64,000 bases of DNA from Octopus sinensis (Eukaryota): NCBI RefSeq assembly GCF_006345805.1, contig NC_043003.1, positions 5,084,001 to 5,148,000 on the forward strand, read 5' to 3'. Both the position numbers and the translations under genes were made by a program. A model generated the notes under the pieces. The model was given only the letters and a program-made list of their open reading frames with translations. It did no database searches and was not told where the DNA came from. Shown here piece after piece: positions 1-12,334 of the stretch (positions are counted from its first letter, which is position 1; each line of letters starts with the position of its first letter).

Positions 1-281
1 ATGTTGGCAAATGAAATAGGGATAAGAATGTGCATTGTCCGTTTAACTGGAAAATTCTATATGTGGCTGAAGATTGCTCGACATTTTAAAACTGATGTAA
101 TACTTACTGTGTTTAATAAAATGAAGTAGCATGAAATAATTGTACTACTCTACCTTGGATATACTTGTTGCTTATTTTGATTATAATCAGCCCATTTGAT
201 TTATATGGATAATACCATACCAAATTCTGGTGTCTTTAACTTAAGTACCATTTTTATCTGAATCTAAATGTTGCTGAACTG
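1..281 (+). mobile_element. Hammerhead-bearing short repeat, family A (probably PLE-derived), cut by the window edge
   Basis: Same sequence recurs at 20287-20438 (+), 36205-36486 (-) and 36520-36608 (+); ends at a (TA)n tract. Confidence 0.8.
62..148 (+). ncRNA. Type I hammerhead motif, family A, long stem II insert
   Basis: GTGG CTGAAGA TTGCT..AGCAT GAAAT AATT GTA CTAC; stem I GTGG/CTAC, C15.2->T. Confidence 0.6.
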
Positions 282-879
282 ATATATATATATGCACATA
301 TTATATACATGCATGGTATCTCTCCCAATTTCTCTCATCTCCCTTCCTCTATCTTCCACTGTCTCCTAATTCTCTCTCTATATATATGGGGGTGTTTATA
401 TATATTTATACACACACACACACACACACATATATCTACATACATACATACATGTGTGTGAGTGCATACCTGTGTGTATGTGCGCGCGTGCATTGTGTGT
501 GTGAGTGTGTTGTTGTTTAGTTTGTTTAGCGCAGATTAATATGTTAATATGCTGATAAGTGTATTGTTGTAATGTGGTTGATTTGTGAGGAAAATTCTTG
601 GAAATTCAAATGGTTCCAGAGATGATTCTCTGACTCTTGTCTTTGTAAAAAGTTTATTGTTACAGAACACAATTCCATGATATTTCTTCTACCTCCTTCT
701 CTTTATAAATTCTGTAGACTCTTTGAACCATCAGCTGTTTGGTGTCCCACTTATCCGGCTATCGTTTTACTTTGTTCAAAAATCATTTCATATTATTTGC
801 ATATATCTTTTTTATTATGAGGCCTAGCTGAAAATTTTCTACTCTAAGATACTATGATTGAATGTAATCAAAGGAAGCT

Positions 880-1837
880 GATTTTTTAGCAGATTCCTCC
901 TTGTCATCGACACATTTCTTCCAGCAGTGTTACGGTGCTTCGATGCATTGGTGCACAAGCGTTGATCTTGTCAGTCAGAAGAGCCATCAACAGCAGATAT
1001 GATGTTATCCTCACTGCGATACTGGTTCATAGAAAACTGTTTTTACATGCTGGGAAACGGATGATTCTCGGATGGGACCAAATCAGAAGAATAAGGGCGA
1101 TGATCAACTAGTTCATGATGAAAACAGTGCCTTTCATCAGTTTTCCTGGGTAATTGGTCTTGATAGCCTTTTGTAACTACCTCAGCAAGTTGGCTTAGTA
1201 CTCTCCATTCACAGTGTGACCCTTTTGAAGATAGTCAAGAAACGCAATGACTTTTGCGTAACCAAAGGTCTGAGGCTGTCACTTTCCCAACAGATGAAAC
1301 GACCTTGACCTTCTTTGGACCAGGTGAAGAGGAATATTTCTACTGCAGAATTATCTCATTGTTTGTGGTTCAAAGTAATGAACCAACACTTATCCTGGGT
1401 TAGAAAAATTTTAAGAAACCCAGCTGGATCTGCCTCAAAAGATGTCGGATTTTTTTTTCTTTGATGTGATAAGCCTGGTGTCAGAAGACATGGAACCCAC
1501 CGAAAAAAAACCCGTCATGTCAAATTCAACGTGCAGAATATTCTCAACTATCCCACGGGTTATGCTAATAACTTTGGCTATTTGATTTATAACCGGTCAC
1601 CTTTCATCCATCACTATGTGGTGAACATATTCAATACGGTGGCAGTTACAGGACAGCCAGACCTTGAGTCATCTTCAAACTCTCCCGTCCCCTCCTAAAA
1701 CCAGCTACCCACTTTTACACTGTTGATAAAGCGGGGTATCATCCCCTAATGTAGCCACCATGTGAGCATGAATGTCTTTGGAGGCAAAAGTTTTTTCTGC
1801 AACGACTTGATAACTCCACAATACCAAATTTTGCCGA
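880..1837 (-). pseudogene. Decayed mariner (DD34D-type) transposase
   Basis: Hand translation of the minus strand across stops/frameshifts gives KDIHAHMVATLGDDTPALSTV*KWVAGFRRGRES, QKGHTVNGEY*ANLLR*LQKAIKTNYPGKLMKG, HRPYSSDLVPS (the YSPDLAPSD motif) and HCWKKCVD. Confidence 0.9.
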
Positions 1838-2209
1838 TTCTCAAGAAAAGTCGCTACGAGTTACATTTGATGTCTTTTAACAGTTCGATAGGCCGCTGCA
1901 ATTTCAAATGCTGATCACTCATATTAATGCAAACATGCACGTATAGTTTCTGGCATACTGGAAGTATTACTACACGGGGAGCGTGGCGAAACAGGGGTAA
2001 TCCTATAGACGTCACGTGGTTACATACATTGTCTGTGATGGTCAATGCGACGATCACATGCCACATGCCTTCCTTCCAAGCACTGCTGCAAACAGCAGAA
2101 GTGAACTAGAACGTTAACACTCAGTGCGCATGCACAGCAGAGCGGAAGGTTAGTCTGTGCAAAGCTGCTTCAATCTGGATGCTTCAGCTTCGTTACTATG
2201 GCAGATATA

Positions 2210-2385
2210 CATTTCTCTTCCCTTCGTTGGATCATTTCTTTTTCTGTGTTTCTGACGAAGAGCTCCGCTCGAAACGTTAAATCCTCCTTCTTTCTTTCCT
2301 TTCCTGAGCGTCCAATAACACTATACTTATTCCACGTCCTCGCATTGTTGTGTTTTCTCTTTCTGTTTTCATGTTTGGATTAACT
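2210..2385 (+). mobile_element. Hammerhead-bearing short repeat, family B
   Basis: Paralog at 8770-8966 and a degenerate minus-strand piece near 49380-49470; ends GTTTGGATTAACT then (TA)n. Confidence 0.75.
2248..2282 (+). ncRNA. Minimal type I hammerhead, family B
   Basis: GTTT CTGACGA A GAGC-TCC-GCTC GAAAC GTT AAAT; intact core with an extra A after A9; loopless palindromic stem III (AACGTT). Confidence 0.75.
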
Positions 2386-2402
2386 ATGTATATATATATA
2401 TA

Positions 2403-2497
2403 CTTTATTTAAAGCAGCAGAAAATTCAACAAAACCTGTTACTCTGAGTTTCACGTTCTCGTTCGTCGGACTGAATTTTCTGCTGCTTTAAATAAAG
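2403..2497. repeat. Perfect 26-bp inverted repeat enclosing a hammerhead
   Basis: CTTTATTTAAAGCAGCAGAAAATTCA (2403-2428) is the reverse complement of 2472-2497. Confidence 0.95.
2438..2471 (-). ncRNA. Minimal hammerhead variant, family C (U4->C)
   Basis: Minus strand: GT CCGACGA ACG-AGAA-CGT GAAACTC-A-GAGTA AC; second copy at 46206-46239. Confidence 0.55.
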
Positions 2498-2592
2498 CAT
2501 ATTTACTCGACCACTGGTATTTGAGTACTCTTTTTTCCACCTTGTTTCACATTTATGTGTTTACCCCGGTATGTATATAATATATAATATAT

Positions 2593-2634
<42 letters not shown>

Positions 2635-3953
2635 CATAATATGTATTATTCAGTTTTTGGCCATTGTTGGCCCAGAGCATGTCTAATTTAATAACACACT
2701 GGGGTAGTCGTCTTTTAAGTCATGCTTTTTTAAGACATCATAACCAACTGAAGTAAAATGTGATTCTTTCTCAAAATGTATCCAGGTGTCGGTAATTCGT
2801 TTGATATATCTAGAATGAATTTATCCATCTACCATTTGAAGGTGACGGTGTACTTTTCTTGTTTAACTGTTTCGATAATAATGCCGTACAAGCTGAGACA
2901 AGTTGTGTCACGATGATGTTATGTGATGTGAGTTCGATTTTTCTAAGACGCATAGTTATCGAAGAGGCATATCGCCCTGGGGTGAAGGCTTCGGTGACAT
3001 TTGAACTTGATACTAGCACTGTTTGGACAATGTTGCTGAATGTTTTTCCCATCGCGCGCACACATTTATTTCTGCTTGTAAGTATACGAACACACACACA
3101 TACATACACAGACACACACACACGCACATATACATTAGTATTAACTGCGATCGATAAGATACGTATATAAGCGATAATTTGCTTTAATATCAATTGATAT
3201 CCGGATGTTTCAATATAGAATCACAAATACAGCGTTGAATATAGCGAAACGGTCAAATGGCTGGGGGCGGAGATATAAAAGTTGCGAGGCTGGAATATTG
3301 CAAAGGCAAATTAGAGTGTGGAAGCCCATTAAGGCTCAAATCACCAATTTAATAGAGAAATCAATTAACTGAACATTTATGACCAACGGAACCTTTAAAT
3401 GGAAACTTAATTGCTAAATTCGGGTCAGAGTTCAATCGCTATTGACCTGTTTAATAGAAAGAATCAATTAGTCGGTCATTAAAGTTCCAGTTAGTGATTT
3501 ATAGAACGGATGAGAGATATGAAAGAAACTGGAGTGGAGTGAATATAAATGAATGGTTCTGAGGTAGCAGCTGTAGCCATTCTGATTGGGATCAGAAAAA
3601 TCTATTTGTAGCGATGGAAATTAAAGAACACTGCCATGATGGGTATTTGGAATCAGATCATCCTTCAACTACAGACATGAAGGATACAACCATGTAATGC
3701 CTAGATGATACTATATATAAATGCCTAGACGATGTGTATGTGTGTGTGTCTTGTTGTATTTGTGTATGTGTATATGCACTCCTCCTTTATACCCAGCTCA
3801 AAACCTTGATACACTCCTAGACATGCATATCCGTCCACATGTTTTTCTCATTCTAACTCCCGGTTAAACCACCTTCCTACCAAGCTACTGATGCATCACT
3901 AATGCTTTTCCACCTCTGATGTACATTTCCTCTTCTACACTCTTCCTTACTTT

Positions 3954-3989
3954 TCTTCCGATGAAGGACACGCGTCCAAAATATTAAGA
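3954..3989 (+). ncRNA. Degenerate hammerhead remnant, family D
   Basis: TCTT CCGATGA A GGAC-ACGC-GTCC AAAAT ATT AAGA; stems I and II intact, GAAAC.GT mutated. Confidence 0.5.
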
Positions 3990-4272
3990 CTTCGTCCGTT
4001 CCTTTTTTCAAACTTTATACTAATATGAGATTTGTTAAAACTACCACAACACCCACAATTCGTTATTATTTTCAATTTTTTCCTTCATTGCCTCTACAAT
4101 ATACGAATGTGCGTATGTGTATGTTTGAATTTAGTGTGTATGTGTGCATTCGTTGGTCGTCGTTTCAGTTTCGAATATTACCAAAACACAATCACTACCT
4201 ACTAAACACTATCACAGCGGACAGTCCTACAAATTATGTGCGTTATATGTTCATATACACGAATATATATAT

Positions 4273-4304
<32 letters not shown>

Positions 4305-4306
4305 CT

Positions 4307-4496
4307 ATTTTAAAATAGTGAACATTTAAACACAAAAGAAAACCACCCCTTAATAAGTAATTTTTACTTGCTAGAAATAGCAGCCAACACGGCCAAAACC
4401 ACCATTTAATAGCAATTGGCTGCTATTACTAGCGTGTAAAAATTACCTATTAAAGGGTAGTTTTCTTTTGTGTTTAATTGTACACTATTTTAAAAT
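4307..4496. repeat. Imperfect ~80-bp-arm inverted repeat next to (TA)n
   Basis: 4307-4387 is the reverse complement of 4416-4496 with few mismatches. Confidence 0.9.
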
Positions 4497-4598
4497 ATGA
4501 ATATGTTGTCTATTGACTATTTAAACATGCTAGGCCACTGGTGGTGATATTTATAACGAATATTCGCTACCCTGTATATGTATCTTATGTATGTATCT

Positions 4599-4647
<49 letters not shown>

Positions 4648-4765
4648 GTATAACTACATGAATAATATTTTTCTATATGAATAATATTTTTGTCTTATGA
4701 CTATTCGTCTTTTGTGCTGGGCACCTGGTAGTAAATAATATTACTACCCTTCTTGTTCATATTCG

Positions 4766-4983
4766 AATATATATATATATATTATAATATATATAATATA
4801 TATATATATATAGTATTATATATATATATGTATATGTATATATGTATATATTATATGTATATGTATATATGTATATATATGTATATATATATATATATTT
4901 ATAAATATATTTATATATTTATATATTTATATATATTTATTATATATATATTATATATATATTTATATATATTTATATATATA
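4766..4983. repeat. Degenerate (TA)n microsatellite
   Basis: Direct reading. Confidence 0.95.
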
Positions 4984-5859
4984 GCCTCTTAACACGCATG
5001 TTACCTAAAATAGAATTACAAACATTCGAGAGACCCACCTCATCACTGCACTGGATTTAGACCGATATTAATAAGAACAACGACAGAAGTGCAATTACCA
5101 GTTCCAACAGCCCCCCACCAAAGAATTGGAATGACCCTGTCTGGGAATAAACGTAACCCTCCTTATAAAAACAGAAATCAATTACTTTAGTTTACATGGG
5201 ACATGAAAAAACAAGCAAAAAACACAAACTAGTGTTACGTCTCTTGTTTTGAAAATTTCATAAGTCACGTCCTCCCCTTGGTTTCAAATGTGGAAAAAAA
5301 ATGAGGAAAAATTGTTTAAAACATTAAGTGAAATCAACGAGACCGGATCTAGGTCAATAACGAGCGTCTGTTTTCTTTTATACTGCAAAAATCTCTTTCT
5401 AGCCGCAAAACTCAAAATATATTCATTAAAAGACTTTTCCTATACAGAAGACTCGAAGAAACATGTGCCTCCGTGTTCTACCGTGTTCCCATTTCCCTTC
5501 TCAATATACTTATTAGGTTTGTATGAATTATATATGTCAAACTCACCTTATGAATACATTAATGAATATATTTTCAGCTGACCTATGATACGAAAACATT
5601 TATTTTGTGACAACTTATGTTTATAGTTTATTTTTCATATATATAGACACGTGTAATAAAATTAATGTCTACTTATGCTAAAAGATTAAGATTATCTTAA
5701 CTATGCAACAAAAATATACATATAAATGAAAAATTTTGTTGCATTTTCGTATCTATATATATGTATATATACATATATACATATATACATACACGTATAT
5801 GTATATATATGTGTGTGTGTGTGTATGTGTATATTTTTATATACATACGTATATATAGT

Positions 5860-6005
5860 TACTAATGTCTTCTCTTTTTATTCTCTCTCTGTCTATTTCC
5901 TTATGTTCCTTTCTGTTGAAGAGCGTAGGCTCGGAACATGAAAGATTTTTCTCTCCTTGTCGAGCGTTAAACTAATACACCTGCTTTCGTCTTTTGTAAA
6001 TTCCA
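5860..6005 (+). mobile_element. Hammerhead-bearing short repeat, family E (motif 5909-5944, degenerate)
   Basis: CTTT CTGTTGA A GAGC-GTAG-GCTC GGAAC ATG AAAG; paralogs at 6710, 34165, 48828. Confidence 0.7.
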
Positions 6006-6023
6006 ACAACACACACACATATG

Positions 6024-6067
<44 letters not shown>

Positions 6068-6076
<9 letters not shown>

Positions 6077-6361
6077 ATCACATGACCGACCAAACCATCA
6101 GATGTAGTGACACATCGCTGGTCACAATGCGTTCGCATTGTTTTAGCCTTCGAATGACGCCACCCCGCTGGCTAAGCGAGCAGGCCGACAGAAGAAAGAG
6201 TGAGAGAAAGAGTGGTGAAAGAGTACAGCAGGGATCACCACCCCCTGCCGGAGCATCGTGGAGCTTTTAGGTGTTTTCGCTCAATAAACACTCACAACGC
6301 CCGGTCTGGGAATCGAAACCGCGAGTCCGCTGCCCTAACCACTTGGCCATTGCGCCTCCAC
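6068..6361 (-). mobile_element. tRNA-derived SINE
   Basis: Minus-strand head GGAGGCGCAATGGCCAAGTGGTTAGGGCAGCGG...TTTCGATTCCC has A and B boxes; flanked by (TA)n; head-only copy at 6580-6658. Confidence 0.85.
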
Positions 6362-6471
6362 ATGTATATATATATATATGTATTAAAGAATATATTTATA
6401 TTTTAAAAGATTTTTTACGTATATTTATTAATTATTTTATTATTCTAGTTTATTTTTGACCTGATCAGTGG

Positions 6472-6524
<53 letters not shown>

Positions 6525-6579
6525 AGTGATTTTACTATTACTACTACTATTTTTTTCTTATTATAATCATTTCTTAAAT

Positions 6580-6658
6580 ACGCCCAATCTGGGAATCGAA
6601 ACCGCGATCCTGCGACCGGGAGTCCTCTGCCCCAACCACTAGGCCATTGCGCCTCCAC
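6580..6658 (-). mobile_element. tRNA-like SINE head, same family as 6068-6361
   Basis: TGGCCTAGTGG A box and GTTTCGATTCC B box on the minus strand. Confidence 0.8.
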
Positions 6659-6709
6659 ATATATATATATACATATATACATATATATATATATACATAT
6701 ATGATAGAT

Positions 6710-6892
6710 TGGTAGCCACTATACACATTTTTTCTCTCCTTGTTTCTCGCCTTGTTTTTTCTGTGTCCCTTTCTGTAGAAGAGCGTGTGCTCGAAACATA
6801 AAAAAAATTTTTCTATTCCTGAGCGTCATACTAATACATCTGTTTTGTACACAACCTGTCTTCGTCTTTTGTTCTTTTCGTAACTCTCCCGA
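6710..6892 (+). mobile_element. Hammerhead-bearing short repeat, family E (motif 6769-6804)
   Basis: CTTT CTGTAGA A GAGC-GTGT-GCTC GAAAC ATA AAAA; flanked by (TA)n. Confidence 0.75.
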
Positions 6893-6895
6893 TAT

Positions 6896-6952
<57 letters not shown>

Positions 6953-7053
6953 CATACATACATACATACATACATACACACGCATATGTATGGATGTATA
7001 TATTATCATGTATGAAAGCATGCATATATGTATGAATATGATTATGTATTAAA

Positions 7054-7374
7054 GACTCCGCCGGTTACGACGACGAGGGTCCCAGCTGATACGATCAACG
7101 GAACAGCTTGCTCGTGAAATTAACGTGCAAATGGCTGAGCATTCCACAGACACGTGTACCCTTAACGTAGTTCTCGGGGATAATCAGCGTGACACAGAGA
7201 GTGACAAGGCTGACCCTTTGAAATACAAGTACAACTCATTTTTGCCAGCTGAGTGGACTGGAGCAACGTGAAATAAAGTGTCTTGCTCAAGGACACAACG
7301 CGTCGCCGGGAATCGAACTCACAACCTTACGATCATGAGCCGAATGCCCTAACCACTAAGCCACGCGCCCTCAC
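7054..7374 (-). mobile_element. tRNA-derived SINE with Meta/CORE-like central domain
   Basis: A box TGGCTTAGTGG, B box GAGTTCGATTCC, then GTGTCCTTGAGCAAGACACTT...CCACTCAGCTG; second copy 17660-17937. Domain name is from recollection. Confidence 0.85.
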
Positions 7375-7914
7375 ATGATTATGTATATGTGTATACAAAC
7401 GTACATCATACGTACATTTGCCAGTCTAAAAAATAAAACGCACACACACACAGTAATATACATGGTCACATAAACATCTATGCGTGCATTTTGGGCTGTC
7501 AGTGTTATTTCGCTGTGAATGCAAGATAATATTTCCACCAGAATTTATAATATTCTCACTTGTTTTACTGATAAGGACAAAATCAAAATCAGATACCACT
7601 CGCTGATTATGGTGATAAGCGACCAGTAACGCTGCAGACAACTCGTCCATAGCCATGTAAAAAGTTTTCTAATGAATACGCTCATAAATCGGTGTGCATA
7701 ATAAAGCATCGGAACAGGTTAGCATCGTAGTTATGATTAGTCGTAACAACAACTACAACAACAACAACTGCAATATCATGGAATAGAAATTACTAATATT
7801 AATATTCAAATTAAGCGTAAAACCAAAAACAACAATGTATTAACTGATGCCCAACCCCACCCAAAATATCATTGCTGTTCATTTTATTTAGGTTCATTAT
7901 TATTGTTGTTCCTG

Positions 7915-7915
7915 T

Positions 7916-7965
<50 letters not shown>

Positions 7966-8032
7966 TTACTACTACTACTATTGATGACTGGATTTTAAAA
8001 TTCTTAGTGGATTGCTACTACTACTACTACTA
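7915..8032. repeat. (CTA)n microsatellite tracts
   Basis: Direct reading. Confidence 0.9.
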
Positions 8033-8681
8033 CTGTTGAGGATGATGATGATGATGACGTAGATGTGAAGGTGAGGTTGATGAAGCAACGTAATTAATGT
8101 CAATGTCGTAAATACAATTATGATAATTATCAAAAGAAAACATCAAGATTATAACGATGATGATGGTGATGATGATCATCAACATGGCCGTCATTCTTCT
8201 CACTCTCATTATCAACCCATCGTCATTGTTAACTTTTTCGTAGTCATCTTTGTCATAATTGTCGCCGTCATCGCCGTCATCACTATCGTCACCTTCACCC
8301 GCATCGTTATTCACATCGTTACCATCACTACCCTCTTCCTTCCACACGTGACTATCATCATCATCATTTGTATAATAAATATGATCACATGTTAAACATT
8401 TGATTTATATTCTTTCGCAAGAATATGGTTTCAATTCTACAATGTTGCCAAAAGTATTTGCGAAATTCTATAAAAAAGCGAGAGAAAAAAAAAAGGGAAA
8501 AAAGTAAGAAAAAGAAATATTCGGAAACTGTTCATGCTTACCAGAAATTCGACGCCGCCGAATGGGGAAGATATTTTGTTATCAGAAAACCGTTGGTTAT
8601 TATTTACTTGGTGACTTGTCTTAAGTTCACCAAAATATACGCGTTTTGATATTATATACATACACACAGACGCATAGACAT

Positions 8682-8713
<32 letters not shown>

Positions 8714-8769
8714 GTATGTATATACATATGTATATATATAAATGTGTGTGTGTGTGCGTATATATATAC

Positions 8770-8966
8770 CTCGTAAAGACCACTCGCGTTTTTTTCCCTC
8801 TGTCCTCCCACCTCGGGATCTTTCTTTCTCTTATGTTTCCGACGAAGAGCTCCGCTCGAAACGTCATACCCTCCTTCTTCCCTTTTTTCCCGAGCGCCTA
8901 ATAATACTGTAATTGTTCCACCTCTTTGCGTTGTTGTCTTTTTTGTTTTCTTGTTTGGATTAACTT
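8770..8966 (+). mobile_element. Hammerhead-bearing short repeat, family B (motif 8835-8869)
   Basis: GTTT CCGACGA A GAGC-TCC-GCTC GAAAC GTC ATAC; (TA)n on both sides. Confidence 0.75.
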
Positions 8967-9065
8967 TATATATATATATATGTATATACGCAAACATCTA
9001 TACATATATATATATACACACATATCTATATCTATATATTCAATCACACACACGCACGCATACAT

Positions 9066-9103
<38 letters not shown>

Positions 9104-9479
9104 GTATGCATGTATTTGTGTCTATACTTGTCGCACTTAGCATCAGTTGACAACCAATAATACAAACATCTGTGGAGGTCGTACGACGCATAATTCAAAG
9201 CTTCAACCGTATCCAGCTCTCTATCATATTGATTGTGCCTGATAATTTCTCTAACAATCATATTTAGTAGCATAAAAGCCGCACCTCAGCTTTAGCTGCG
9301 CATATTCAGGAAAATAAAGTTTGCAGCGCATTAAGGCTCTAATATAAGTCCAACTTTGTATATACAACCCAGAGTGAGGTTTTGAAATATTTGGGGAGAA
9401 AAACTGCTACTATTTGTGCCATCAAATACAGTATACAAATATTTGTGAAATACTTAGCTACTTGTGTTCCTATTTATAA

Positions 9480-9660
9480 TAGGTACTAGGCATGAAATCT
9501 GTTAGGAACTGTTTAACTGACTATATCGACACCAGTACGCAACTGGTGCTTATTTTATCGACCCTGACAGGATTAAAGAGAAAGTCGACCGCGGCGAAAT
9601 TTCAACTCAGAACGTAAAATGGAGAAAATTTTCTCCGGCGTATTAACAGTTCTGTCAGCC
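9480..9660 (-). mobile_element. SINE with Nin/Deu-like domain, degenerate
   Basis: Aligns by eye with the family copies at 13251, 29209, 42735 and 52296. Confidence 0.7.
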
Positions 9661-10454
9661 TTATATATTCTAATGTAAGATATTTTGTTTTTGTAATTCA
9701 AAGAGCCAATCTGTATCACATATTGTTACTGAGGATAGGTGCAGAGATTTGTTAATGGTATAAGTAGCGGTGGAACGATCAGCCACTTCAATTAGAATAG
9801 AACGAGACGATATAATTCTGTGGATCAAAGAATTGGAATGTTTATCGTAGATGTTAGCCTCATAATCCCTTACCAAGAATGAAGGTGACTTCGCTTCAAT
9901 TATAATCAAACCACTAAGAAAGAGATATTTCACAATAATCCCTTCTGCATGTCCCACTCTATTAACGAATGATGCACTCATGGAAGCTGCACTTGAATTT
10001 TATGTGACACATGTTGTCAATTTTGTTTCTTTAAATTCTTCACTGGTTCCGAAAACAGAGGTTTCATAAGGATTCTTTATTAGCTGGAAGCAAGGCATCA
10101 AGGGTTTTGTATTAACTATAATCAGGTCGAATATCTGCGAATACAGTGTGCATATCTATATGTATCTACGAGTATGTATCTTATGTTTATATACGCGCGC
10201 TCACACACACACACACACAACTTCCCCATTTTTTCATTTATATTTATAATGAATGGTGCACACAGCTTCTTCCTGACTCCCAGTTGTTTCCTTGCCTGTC
10301 AACCACTTCTTTAGATATCCATCCATTTATCGGTCTGTCTATCTATCAATAAATCAATCGATCAGTCAATCAGTCAGTCAATAAGTCAACCGATCTATCT
10401 ATCCATCTATCTATCTCTCTATCTTTCCCCCTTTAATTACCTGGTTATTTCTCT

Positions 10455-10473
10455 CGCGCTCCCCATCTATCTC

Positions 10474-10556
<83 letters not shown>
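10455..10556. repeat. (TATC)n microsatellite
   Basis: Direct reading. Confidence 0.95.
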
Positions 10557-10557
<1 letters not shown>

Positions 10558-10688
10558 GCTAAGCAGCTTCTTTTCTCTCTTTCTCTCACACTTTCTCTCT
10601 GTGTGTATATATGTAAGTATATGTTCGTATATGTAAGTATTCGTATGTTGTGTTTATATATATGTCTTTATGTTTCTCTTCTGTGTGT

Positions 10689-10747
10689 ATTCTACTGACG
10701 AGGCAAAGCATTATTAAATGCAAAGTCAGAAGTCCGGGATCTAGAAT
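10689..10747 (+). ncRNA. Degenerate hammerhead, family F
   Basis: ATTCTA CTGACGA GGC..GTC A GAAGT CCGGG ATC TAGAAT; 6-bp stem I ATTCTA/TAGAAT, GAAA->GAAG. Confidence 0.55.
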
Positions 10748-11125
10748 TATCCAGTAATTTTTTACTAGTTTCAGCTAGTCTCTTTGTTTTCTCTCCGTGT
10801 TGATATATGGACAATTAAGGTGGTTTTAGAGTCAGATCATCGTTGCTATTTTCAGCATGGTGGTATCTCGTAGATATCCTAATTTATAATTTTAAAATAC
10901 ATACATATATATATATATATATGTATATATTTATCTATCTATGTAACTTTTTATATATCTATCTACCCAACCCTATATTATTCTTGCAGGATAATGTAAA
11001 CGGAATACAAGGCTGAATGTTGGCTACACAAGTAGCATCTGCTAAAGTTTCTGTTGTGATAGAGAACAGGTTGCGCAGTCTCCATTCAAAAAGATGATAG
11101 GGCAGTTGATATGTGTGCGGGTGTG

Positions 11126-11175
<50 letters not shown>

Positions 11176-11313
11176 GAGACGGAACAATAATTTGCCATTC
11201 CTGCATTTTCTCGAATATTCAAAAACATCACAGAGCTGAAAGCCGTTATTGAATACCGATTCCGTGGAGATCAAATATACACCAAACACATACACACGCA
11301 TATATATCTGAGC

Positions 11314-11386
<73 letters not shown>

Positions 11387-12295
11387 GTGTGGTGTGTGTG
11401 TGTGTGTGTGGTGTGGGTGTGTGTGTGTGTGTGTGTGTAATACACACAAATATTAATACGGAAATGCAATGTTTTTGTTTTATTTTCAATGAAACCTTCC
11501 TTGGACTCGTTAAATTTTGTGAAAATAAAATATTTTAATTACAAGCAATGAATGTAATAATCTGTGGGTGAAATGCCCAGTAACAGAATCGCCATGCAAG
11601 GGATGCATATTTACTGTATGTGCAGTGGTGTTAAGATAACAAAGATTTATGAATGATGGAAATGATATGAAAATGATATAACGAGCAAAGAAGAAGCAAA
11701 TACGAAACGACGGCTTCTTTGTTACGATGGCATTGATGTATATGGAATGAATTGTGACATAAATCCCATTGAAAAAAAAAGAATGAATCAAGTGAAAAGG
11801 TGTTAATTCAAATATAGGAAGGGGGAAAAAAGAGGGAGTGAAATATTTGAGTCGGTATTAAGCTATTTCAATCCACTTGATCTAATTTACAACATCTTAA
11901 CGGAGCTTGAAGTATTTCAGATGTGTGATTAAAATATCAGTTTCATTTAAGTAAAGTGAGCATCGTATAATGAAAGGGGGGTGGCAGGGGAGGTCTGCGC
12001 AGAGAACATATTTTAACATCTTATAGGAAATTAATAAAGTTATTTTAAAATAAATGTAATAAATCGAACAATAAAACTAACAACTAGCTAACTAAAACAA
12101 GCAACAGCTCTTTAGACTAATGACTAGTTTTAAAGAAATGGAAAAAAAAATAATAAAGAATTAGAAAATTGATAGAAATATAAAGAGTGAAACCGAAGAC
12201 TTGTGCAAGTTAATGTTGAAAATCATCAAATAAACGGTGTTTAAAATAGCAAAGAGGAAGAAGATAGGAAGGAAGGAAATGACTGAGAGACAGAA

Positions 12296-12334
<39 letters not shown>

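Noticed and set aside
2810-3075. Possible minus-strand exon after an acceptor-like CAG
   Set aside because: No recognisable protein similarity, weak pyrimidine tract and no partner exons.
4369-4382. GCTAGAAATAGCA matches part of the Cas9 sgRNA scaffold
   Set aside because: Flanking scaffold sequence is absent and diverged copies occur in native repeats; coincidence, not CRISPR or vector.
4990-5260. Possible second GIY-YIG remnant (also 24570-24750 minus)
   Set aside because: Similarity by eye is too weak; needs a translated HMM search.
8030-8395. Asp/His/Ile-rich ORFs (also 19029-19445, 40390-40587, 60671-61157)
   Set aside because: Trinucleotide microsatellites; no domain or convincing splice context.
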